A stretch of 64,000 nt of DNA from contig CAYSJS010000003.1 in the NCBI GenBank assembly GCA_964431415.1, forward strand, positions 36,422 to 100,421, written 5' to 3'. A model generated the notes under the pieces. The model had not been told where the DNA came from. It saw only the letters and a program-made list of their open reading frames with translations, and ran no database searches. The position numbers were made by a program, and so were the translations under genes. The stretch is from an uncultured Candidatus Saccharibacteria bacterium (GTDB lineage: Bacteria > Patescibacteriota > Saccharimonadia > Saccharimonadales > JACDBH01). Shown piece after piece: positions 30,928-38,251 of this stretch (position 1 is the stretch's first letter; every line of letters starts with the position of its first letter).

Positions 30928-32196
30928 TTACAGATTAAAATCCTTAATGAACCGCACCAACACCGCATTCGTCCAGCCAAAACCGACTTGCGACGGATAC
31001 ACGCCTTCAACCGGCTTCTTTTTGGTATTTACGACGTTGTATTTTTCCAAAAAGACGCCATGTTCATTAAACCAGTCGAGGTTCGTCTTAACCCAGCGAA
31101 CGGCGATTCGCTTTGCCTCTTCTTCGTACCCGTACCGCCTGAGCCCTTCGACAACAATATAGTGAAGCGGCGCCCAACCATTTGGGTATGCCCACTGCGC
31201 CTTCAGAGATCCGAAAATTAGTGTCGTATCTATGAGCGGACGGGTTGTAGTAGTAAGCCCACCTTGCTTTTCGAACTTGGCAAGATTATCCACCAGGCGC
31301 GCAGCTTGCTCTTTGCTCGCCATACCCGCCCACATCGTGTAGTAGCCGGCCAGCGACCATACATCGCCCAATACTTTGCGTTCGTAGTTGTAGTCAAAAA
31401 AGAAACCCCTAATTTTTCCCCACATTAGTTGATTCATGGCCCTTTTACGTTTATTGGCGCGCCGTTCCCATTCGTCTGCACGCTTAACCTTGCCTGCGAT
31501 CATCGCCGCGCGAGCAAAATCGGTCTCGTACTTATACAGCAGCGCATTTAGATCAACCGGCAGAAAGTCGAGGCATTTACGCTCAAAACGCGTCGTCATA
31601 TCCCAACCGCTTTCCGCCTCTGCGAGGTCATGCAGCACATTCACGTCATAGTAGCGGCTCAGGCCGTTATACACATTGTGCCACTGCGGATGTGCCGTGT
31701 TCATCCAAACACTTTCATATTCTTCCAGTGCTACCGCCATATGCTCTTTGAGCCAGTCAGTATCCTTTTGGTAGGTATCGTACACATGAAAAATAAAGCT
31801 CGTGAGAAGCGGTGGCTGGGAGCGGCTCGTAAAATACATGCGGCTCGCGTTAGGGATTACATGAAAACGTTTGAAAAGGTAAATAAGATTTTCGAGCATT
31901 CCCTCCACTAAAGACTGGTGTTTCGTATCAGTAAAACCAAGTGCTGTAAAATAGCTGTCCCAGTAATATTGCTCTTCAAACTGGAACCGAGAGGCCGGAT
32001 CCGCTGACGGCACAATATACGTAAAAGGCAAACCAACAAGTGTGCCGTGATCTTCGGTATGATGTCTGGTTAATTGCGTCCAGTAGGCGTCAATAAAAGC
32101 CAGGGCTCGGTCCCGCGTGCCATGGGGAATATATGAAACAGTACGGTTTAATTTATCTAAAATTGCCTGTGCCAGTGGGAGCTTCTTGAGGGCCAT
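30928..32196 (-). CDS. Alpha,alpha-trehalase (GH37), no signal peptide
   Basis: EQYYWDSYF, IPNA...RSQPP, AESGWD, PVDLNALLY, QW.YPNGWAPL, EKYNV, GFGWTN. Confidence 0.93.
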   Translation of the reverse strand: MALKKLPLAQAILDKLNRTVSYIPHGTRDRALAFIDAYWTQLTRHHTEDHGTLVGLPFTYIVPSADPASRFQFEEQYYWDSYFTALGFTDTKHQSLVEGMLENLIYLFKRFHVIPNASRMYFTSRSQPPLLTSFIFHVYDTYQKDTDWLKEHMAVALEEYESVWMNTAHPQWHNVYNGLSRYYDVNVLHDLAEAESGWDMTTRFERKCLDFLPVDLNALLYKYETDFARAAMIAGKVKRADEWERRANKRKRAMNQLMWGKIRGFFFDYNYERKVLGDVWSLAGYYTMWAGMASKEQAARLVDNLAKFEKQGGLTTTTRPLIDTTLIFGSLKAQWAYPNGWAPLHYIVVEGLRRYGYEEEAKRIAVRWVKTNLDWFNEHGVFLEKYNVVNTKKKPVEGVYPSQVGFGWTNAVLVRFIKDFNL

Positions 32197-32235
32197 TCCC
32201 CCACTCTAACACGACGCTTACTGGCAGATGCAAGT

Positions 32236-32481
32236 CTAATATATTGTCCTTAAATGCCAAAGCGAGCAGTGTTGACAGTGGTATGGAGCGAGCTGTATGT
32301 CATGCCGAAAAGCCGCGACGGTTGCCGCCGCTTCAGCTTCTTTTTTGGTGTTTAGGGCCAGTTTTTCGGCACACGGCAAAGGCTTTTCTTGTTCCATACC
32401 ACATATTCTATCAGCTCCGCATTCTAAAAAATGTCCTGCCGCAAACTTAATCTTCGCGGCAGGACATGTTGATGACGCCAA
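32236..32481 (-). CDS. Small Cys/His hypothetical protein (true start probably the internal ATG, MEQEKPLPC...)
   Basis: C..K...EA...Y.C.HC..WHL putative Zn-binding pattern. Confidence 0.6.
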   Translation of the reverse strand: MASSTCPAAKIKFAAGHFLECGADRICGMEQEKPLPCAEKLALNTKKEAEAAATVAAFRHDIQLAPYHCQHCSLWHLRTIY

Positions 32482-32484
32482 AAT

Positions 32485-32541
32485 CTAGGCTTTAGCTTTT
32501 TTTGGCTTTTTTACTTCTTTTCGACCTTTGTCTTTACTCAT
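32485..32541 (-). CDS. 18-aa basic micro-protein MSKDKGRKEVKKPKKAKA
   Basis: AAGGGG RBS-like upstream, ATG...TAG, 9/18 Lys/Arg; below ORF-track cutoff. Confidence 0.6.
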   Translation of the reverse strand: MSKDKGRKEVKKPKKAKA

Positions 32542-32632
32542 TACCGTTCCCCTTATGCTTATCTAGCCATACCTAGTATGTATCAGGAAGTATTTGATTT
32601 CAAGCGGCTCATTACCTCATTGGTAAACTAAT

Positions 32633-32716
32633 AAGGAAGCAGCCTTCTTATCCAGTGACCACTCGTCCCTGAATTAATACATTCAGTGTCACCTTCTTTT
32701 TTGGGGCTGCTTCCTT
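32633..32716. ncRNA. Candidate structured ncRNA (closing stem, central bubble, apical hairpin)
   Basis: 12-bp AAGGAAGCAGCC/GGCTGCTTCCTT stem enclosing GTGAC/GTCAC and CTGAAT/ATTCAG stems; TGGTAAACT just upstream on +. Confidence 0.45.
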
Positions 32717-32872
32717 TGTACCTCCTGACTAAAAAGTCAGTACTATAAGTTTGCCTGTTTGCATATACCGATGCTGTGAGGATTATTACAAAGCTTATGT
32801 TTTACTGGTAAAATTTGACATAAGTGGTATAATTATAAGACTCATCAAAATAAGATGAGAGCACAAATACGA

Positions 32873-33271
32873 GGGGCTGAATGCTTCGACATTTGGATTT
32901 ACAAGTTGGGTCGTGTCAGGTCGCTTGCTCAGCGTCATAGGGCAAAATTAATAAATGCAACAGCATCTATTCGCAATGCTAGAGCTACTGTAGCAGCTAT
33001 GCTGCAACGCAGTAACTTTACGCTTGCACCACAATTTGCTTAATAGCTAATTGGACTATTCGCTCGACATCAGATAAAGCGTCTTAGTCTTATATCATCT
33101 GGTTGCTTACGAGCCCTTACCTTAAGCTCGTACTAAGACAAGTGAGGTCGCTGCATTTTGTTATTTTGGATATTTTATAGACAAAGTGCCTAAGATTTTA
33201 AAATAGCCTAAACCTGTAGAGCGCCAACAAGTAACTGAATGGACGCGGTTTCAACACCGCCAGCTCCACCA
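32873..33271 (+). ncRNA. ssrA: tmRNA; tag frame 32957-33043 ATASIRNARATVAAMLQRSNFTLAPQFA
   Basis: GGGGCTGAA...TTCGAC 5' end, GGACGCGG..TTCAAC..CCGCCAGCTCCACCA 3' end with G3:U, ATAAAT-GCA resume context, tandem stops. Confidence 0.95.
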
Positions 33272-33386
33272 TTCTTCGCTCATTATAAATAATGAGCTAC
33301 GAATGGCAGGCCATTTGCCATAGGCGGCTTGCCATTTTTAGCTCAGGCGAAGAATGCCCTCCATAGCCTTTAGGCGACGGATGGGC
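33271..33386. repeat. Nested palindromic (REP-like) element between tmRNA and GIY-YIG gene
   Basis: ATTCTTCGC/GCGAAGAAT, GCTCATTA/TAATGAGC, ATGGCAGGCC/GGCTTGCCAT, GCCC..GCCT/AGGC..GGGC. Confidence 0.6.
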
Positions 33387-33399
33387 TACTATTCTCTTC

Positions 33400-33639
33400 A
33401 TGAACTATGTCTATATTCTAAAAAGCATTAACTACGACCAGATATATATTGGCCAAACAGCGGATCTACAAAGAAGACTAAAAGATCACAACTCCGGCAA
33501 AACCAGTCATACGTCAAAGTTTAAACCATGGAACATTATAAGTTACTGTGCATTTTCTACTAAGGAAAAAGCGCTTGGATTTGAAAAGTATTTAAAAACT
33601 TCATCTGGCAAAGCTTTTATGCGCAAACGTCTATTATAA
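33400..33639 (+). CDS. Standalone GIY-YIG endonuclease
   Basis: YVYIL, IYIGQT, RRLKDHN, FEKYLK. Confidence 0.92.
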   Translation: MNYVYILKSINYDQIYIGQTADLQRRLKDHNSGKTSHTSKFKPWNIISYCAFSTKEKALGFEKYLKTSSGKAFMRKRLL

Positions 33640-33662
33640 ATACCAGCGTGAATCTGCAAAAG

Positions 33663-33698
33663 AAAATGACCCCGTCTTCTATACAACGGGGTCATTTT
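33663..33698. terminator. Bidirectional intrinsic terminator
   Basis: AAAATGACCCCGT/ACGGGGTCATTTT between convergent genes. Confidence 0.85.
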
Positions 33699-33712
33699 TA
33701 TACAAGCCAGTT

Positions 33713-35029
33713 CTAATGCATGCCGACGGGGGCCGCAGCACCATCATCCTGGTGCAGAACGTGCTTAGCCGGTTTATAGAAGACGTTAAATACCAGTGCG
33801 CCAACAATAATAGTTGAACCGCCAACCAATACCGGCACATTGACGCCCAGAGTTGCGATATAGCCGGCAATAATAGCCGGGATCGACTGTGCAAGAGCCT
33901 GAACGCTGGCTTCGATTCCGAGCACTTCACCCTGGATCTTTTTGTCGGCAGAAAGGCTCACTAGCGCCGATACGTTAGCCATAGTCAGACCGTTAAATAT
34001 GGCAATGAGAGGCGCTACCATCAAGAGCTGTGCGGTATTATTCGGCAGCAGCTGCATGAACAAAGCTATACCATTCCCGAGCAAACTGATACGCAAAATC
34101 TGGTAGTTCTTAAAGCGCTTTGCAAGTATCGGCGTAAGCACAGCCTGGGTTACCGCTATACAAATACCAATGTACGCAAAGAAGTCACCGACGTTATTAA
34201 CTTTAAACCCAAGCTTTTCGATAAGCAGAATCTGGAAGAAGGTTGTAAAGAACGTAAAGCCGCCCCAGAACAAAAATTCCGATGCAAATATAATACGCAA
34301 ACTTGGGTGCGCTGCAGCTTTTCTGATGTTTTCGATTGACTTGCCCCAAGCCATTTTGAGCTTAGCGTTAATATGCTGGTGGGTTTCTGGCAGAATAAAC
34401 AGAACGAGCAGAGTGTTAACAACGCTTAAGATTGCCGCAAACCAAAATGGAACAGCCGGACCAAACCAATGCGGCGTCGTAAACAAACCAAAGAAGCTCG
34501 TGCCCGGTGCTGCCAGGCGGGCGCCAAGATATGGCCCAGCCACAAACCCGATACCAAACGCCGCACCTATAAGCGCAAAGTTTGTGGTACGTTTTTCGGG
34601 CGGACTCACATCGGCTATTACCGCACGCGCAACACTTAAGTTACCGCCCGTTATGCCGTCCATTGCCCGGGCAAAGAAGAGCAGGGGTATGTTTTTAGTA
34701 ATGATACCGATAGCAAAAAGAGCGTACCCAACTGCCGTTCCAAAAAGACTGAAACTCAAGATCGACTTACGACCGTAGCGGTCACTCAACTGCCCTAAGA
34801 TAGGCGTTGCCAAAAACTGCATCAGCGGATAAATTGCCGTCAGCCACCCGAGCATGATTAATGAACCTTTAAAGCTATACCCGGCCGGTTCAAAAATACG
34901 AAAAATAAGCTGCGGCAAGACCGGCATTAAGATGCTCACCCCAAGCACATCAAGGAAAATAGTCGAAATAACTATAGGAAGCGCCCGATGCTCTAGACGC
35001 GAATTAAGTTTACTTTTTGTTTGCTTCAT
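33713..35029 (-). CDS. TetA-like MFS efflux transporter
   Basis: FLDVLG..ILMPVLP, GQLSDRYGRK motif A, GITGGN, about 12 TM. Confidence 0.92.
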   Translation of the reverse strand: MKQTKSKLNSRLEHRALPIVISTIFLDVLGVSILMPVLPQLIFRIFEPAGYSFKGSLIMLGWLTAIYPLMQFLATPILGQLSDRYGRKSILSFSLFGTAVGYALFAIGIITKNIPLLFFARAMDGITGGNLSVARAVIADVSPPEKRTTNFALIGAAFGIGFVAGPYLGARLAAPGTSFFGLFTTPHWFGPAVPFWFAAILSVVNTLLVLFILPETHQHINAKLKMAWGKSIENIRKAAAHPSLRIIFASEFLFWGGFTFFTTFFQILLIEKLGFKVNNVGDFFAYIGICIAVTQAVLTPILAKRFKNYQILRISLLGNGIALFMQLLPNNTAQLLMVAPLIAIFNGLTMANVSALVSLSADKKIQGEVLGIEASVQALAQSIPAIIAGYIATLGVNVPVLVGGSTIIVGALVFNVFYKPAKHVLHQDDGAAAPVGMH

Positions 35030-35032
35030 GAC

Positions 35033-35494
35033 TTATATTTCCTTACATACAGTCGTTACTTTAATAAATATCTTTTCCAGCAGCTCGTTTAACTTCTGCA
35101 TATCCTTTTCGTCCAGATCCGCGAAGAAAGGCTCGTACTCTTTCAGGAGTATCTTCATGGCGTTCTGAGCAAATAGCCTGCCCGTTTCACTCAACACGAC
35201 AACATGATTACGCCGATTTTCCGGATCAACCTCGACAGAAAGTAAGCCTTGGTCGTTGAGAAGCCGTATTTGGCGACTCACGGCTGCCTCTGTTTGGTTG
35301 AGCCAACCGGCAATGTTGGTCTGCAATACCCCTTCGCTGTGTTTATATAGCATCCAGAGAATTTTGAACTGCGACATGCCATATCCGTACGAATCTTGCA
35401 GTGTACGGTCGGCTACACGACCCAGCACTGTGCTTAAACGATGTATGTTTGTTGCAACTTCCGACAGGTCAGACATGGCGCACCTTTTTAACAT
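35033..35494 (-). CDS. MarR family regulator (likely start 35476)
   Basis: SQFKIL, AAVSRQIRLL, DPENRR. Confidence 0.92.
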   Translation of the reverse strand: MLKRCAMSDLSEVATNIHRLSTVLGRVADRTLQDSYGYGMSQFKILWMLYKHSEGVLQTNIAGWLNQTEAAVSRQIRLLNDQGLLSVEVDPENRRNHVVVLSETGRLFAQNAMKILLKEYEPFFADLDEKDMQKLNELLEKIFIKVTTVCKEI

Positions 35495-35528
35495 GTTAAA
35501 GTTAACATGTTAAGTATCAGGGTGTCAA
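35488..35528 (-). promoter_or_regulatory. Promoter with tandem palindromic operator for marR-MFS
   Basis: TTAACATGTTAA at 35488-35499 and 35502-35513; TTGACA -35 at 35523-35528 on -. Confidence 0.75.
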
Positions 35529-35587
35529 CAATAATGTCCGATTATATACACTTGTAGTTATTTTTACACCAAAAAAGGGCAGGGGCT

Positions 35588-36412
35588 TTAGCTGGCTGAC
35601 CGCCAACATTCATATAGCCTGTGCCAATCTTCTAGCGACAGGTTTTGAGCCCGCAAATTTCCGTCTACACCCGCCTGTTCAAGCAGCTCATCTGCCGCCT
35701 GCTTTGAAAGCTGTAATCCCCCGCTCAAAGAACTTCTTAGCTTCTTTCGCCTTTCCGAAAAACCGGCTTTGACCAGTCTAAAAAATACCTGGGTATCTAC
35801 ACCCTTAAAAAGCGGTTCTCGGCGATACTCGAGCATCAATACTTGCGAGTCTACCTTTGGAGGCGGCGTAAATAATGCGGCCGGTACTACGGGGCCAAGC
35901 CCTACTTTGCAATAAAACTGCGTTGTTATACTCAGCAAACTTGTCTGCCCGGGGCGGGCACACACTCGCTCTGCCACTTCTTTCTGTACCAAAAGCGCTG
36001 CCGATGTGAACGGATTTGGGCTCTCGCACATACGCCTCAGCAGGTTACTAGTCAGATAATATGGTATGTTGGCAACCACCTTATAGCCGCGCGGTAGCTG
36101 GGTAAAGTCAAAATCAAGAATGTCACCGTTAATGACCTCTAGGTTTTCATCCGGAACCCGAAATGGCAGTTCAGTCGCCAATACGTCGTCAAACTCAACC
36201 GCGACTACTTTTGTGGCAACCTTGCATAGCTCTTTTGTAAGCGTACCAAGCCCCGGCCCAACCTCGAGCACCACATCACCCGGCTCCACCTGCGCAGAAG
36301 CAACTATAGCACTGAGGGCCTCATGGTCCTGCAGCCAGTGTTGTCCTAAACTCTTTTTTGGTCTTTCTTCGCTCATCGTATGTATTTCATAGTGTATAGC
36401 ATCCCCCGCCAA
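35588..36412 (-). CDS. rsmA: 16S rRNA dimethyltransferase RsmA/KsgA (likely start 36376)
   Basis: KKSLGQHW, EVGPGLG.LT, ANIPY, QKEVAER, F.PPPKVDS. Confidence 0.97.
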   Translation of the reverse strand: MAGDAIHYEIHTMSEERPKKSLGQHWLQDHEALSAIVASAQVEPGDVVLEVGPGLGTLTKELCKVATKVVAVEFDDVLATELPFRVPDENLEVINGDILDFDFTQLPRGYKVVANIPYYLTSNLLRRMCESPNPFTSAALLVQKEVAERVCARPGQTSLLSITTQFYCKVGLGPVVPAALFTPPPKVDSQVLMLEYRREPLFKGVDTQVFFRLVKAGFSERRKKLRSSLSGGLQLSKQAADELLEQAGVDGNLRAQNLSLEDWHRLYECWRSAS

Positions 36413-36429
36413 AACGGCGAACTAAAAAA

Positions 36430-37716
36430 CTACCACCAATGCTTCACGACCCAGGAATTATATGCCGCTTCCCAGCTACCGTAGCGGGTGATTGCATAAT
36501 TAGAACACCACTTCATCTGCGTTACTGCGCTCGTCTGCCAGTCCGCTCCGGCCGAAGCCATCTTTATACCCGGCGTCGCCTGACACAAACCATAACCCGT
36601 GGAGGTGTTAGAAATCGCTCCTGCAAACGGTTCCTCAAAATATGGCGGGCACGTTTTCTGACCCTGGAAACGCGTCGGGCACCACATACCGTTCTCACGG
36701 TTAATAATGTAATACACATACGGGAAATCACTGTCGGCAATACCCGCCGCCCGCATGACTGCCTCTTTATCTGAAGGAATTTGCACCGCTTGGCCTCGCG
36801 CCACCACTTGCTTGACCGGTTCCTGAATGATTACTTCCTGAATTATCTTCCGGCCCACTTCGACGCCGTTTTTAAGCTCAATCTGGTACGTTACCGACTT
36901 TTTACCGGCACTTCCACTCTGGCGAACCGCACTCGTACCAAACGACAAACTCGTATCCATCACCGTCTCGGTAGGCATAGGGATGGTGACCTCCTCAGTC
37001 ACTACCTGCGTGCCATTACGCGTCACAAACACAAGCGTAGAAGGTGTAAGTTCCGTATCAAGCCCCGGCAGTACCGTATCGTCAGCGGCAAGTTTTACTT
37101 GTTTTTCGTCCAATAGTTCTTTAACTGTTTTTGCATGGGTGCGTACCGCCAAACTCGTCCCATATAAGTTTAAGTTCGCTGGTGTTGCGCGTGAAATAAT
37201 TACCTTGTTGCCAATGCTCCCGTCTTTCAAAAAGTCATCGCTCGGCCCTGTCGTAACAATGTCTTCTGCATACAGTCTTGCCCCAGTCTGCTCGGCCATG
37301 CTGCGCGGCGTCAGAGCCGCACTTAAGCCAAGCATCTTCGTGTCACCGTCGTACACCACTACCGGTGCCGCACGGTACACATTAACCCGAAAATTATCTT
37401 CTTCAATCTTGGTGTCTAAACTCGGCTCTACCACGTCACCTTCGTTGACGGATATCATTTCTTTCTCAAGAAAATCGCCCACCGTTTCTTCTCTTGTAGG
37501 CAAGGTGCTGGTTTTGCGGTCGGCATATAAAATTACTACTTTGGCATCAGAAATTGCAGCGTCTCGGCCGGTCAGAGAGAAAAACAAAATGGCCGAAAAA
37601 GCGCACACCGTTACAGCCGCGCCCATACCGAGCAAGCGCGGATGTGCGTGCAGATGCTTATCTATTTTACGCAGGCGGCGGCGAAGTAAAAACCGGTATC
37701 GTTTTATGCGATGCAC
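36430..37716 (-). CDS. YabE/RpfB-like protein: DUF348 repeats, G5 domain, lytic transglycosylase-like C-domain
   Basis: TM, repeated TV..lL...D.V.P units, G5 region, RENG..GYGLCQA..RYGSW; upstream of rsmA as in Gram-positives. Confidence 0.85.
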   Translation of the reverse strand: MHRIKRYRFLLRRRLRKIDKHLHAHPRLLGMGAAVTVCAFSAILFFSLTGRDAAISDAKVVILYADRKTSTLPTREETVGDFLEKEMISVNEGDVVEPSLDTKIEEDNFRVNVYRAAPVVVYDGDTKMLGLSAALTPRSMAEQTGARLYAEDIVTTGPSDDFLKDGSIGNKVIISRATPANLNLYGTSLAVRTHAKTVKELLDEKQVKLAADDTVLPGLDTELTPSTLVFVTRNGTQVVTEEVTIPMPTETVMDTSLSFGTSAVRQSGSAGKKSVTYQIELKNGVEVGRKIIQEVIIQEPVKQVVARGQAVQIPSDKEAVMRAAGIADSDFPYVYYIINRENGMWCPTRFQGQKTCPPYFEEPFAGAISNTSTGYGLCQATPGIKMASAGADWQTSAVTQMKWCSNYAITRYGSWEAAYNSWVVKHWW

Positions 37717-37768
37717 TCTTTCCTCCCGAGCCGATGAAGCGTTAAAGTCTTCATCCTCAGATATATTA

Positions 37769-38251
37769 TTATAACAAACTTGGGGTAACGGGCGGCTGAT
37801 AGCGTCTTAGGGCGTACTTTGCCGCTTCGTCAATGTTCGCCTTGTGCGCCTCGCCAAGCGGCACCCACTGGTACGTAAATATTTCAGCAAGCTGCTTTTT
37901 TACTTCTGGTTTTTCGGTTATATGTACCGCATAGAACTCGCCAATATAATAAAAACCAAACCGCCGAATTGTTTTTTTGCCAAGTGGTATCAAACTCGAC
38001 TCGGGCACTGTAATGCCGACTTCTTCACTTAGTTCGCGCACTGCACAAGCACGCAGCGTCTCGCCCGGCTTGCAGCCGCCGCCCGGTAAGCTGTAGTCAT
38101 TCGTACTTATCCAGCCGCGGACCAATAGCACATTTCCTTCATAGACAACCAAAACCCTGCTCCGCTGCCGCGAAAACCTAAAATACACATGCCAAAACGG
38201 AATAAGCACATAAAAAATACACTGTCCTATTAAACCCCAGATTGCTTTCAT
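37769..38251 (-). CDS. NUDIX hydrolase
   Basis: LPGGGCKPGETLRACAVRELSEEVG Nudix box. Confidence 0.9.
   Translation of the reverse strand: MKAIWGLIGQCIFYVLIPFWHVYFRFSRQRSRVLVVYEGNVLLVRGWISTNDYSLPGGGCKPGETLRACAVRELSEEVGITVPESSLIPLGKKTIRRFGFYYIGEFYAVHITEKPEVKKQLAEIFTYQWVPLGEAHKANIDEAAKYALRRYQPPVTPSLL

Noticed and set aside
32705-32735. SRP (4.5S) RNA, suggested by GTCAGG...AAGGAAGCAGCC on the - strand
   Set aside because: The intervening bases cannot form the UCC-GGAA-GGA tetraloop stem; the motif instead pairs with its own inverted copy
32855-33043. 62-aa ORF from the track
   Set aside because: Lies within tmRNA; its 3' part is the tag reading frame
33272-35587. Integrase-mediated island at tmRNA
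   Set aside because: No integrase and no duplicated tmRNA 3' end found by eye
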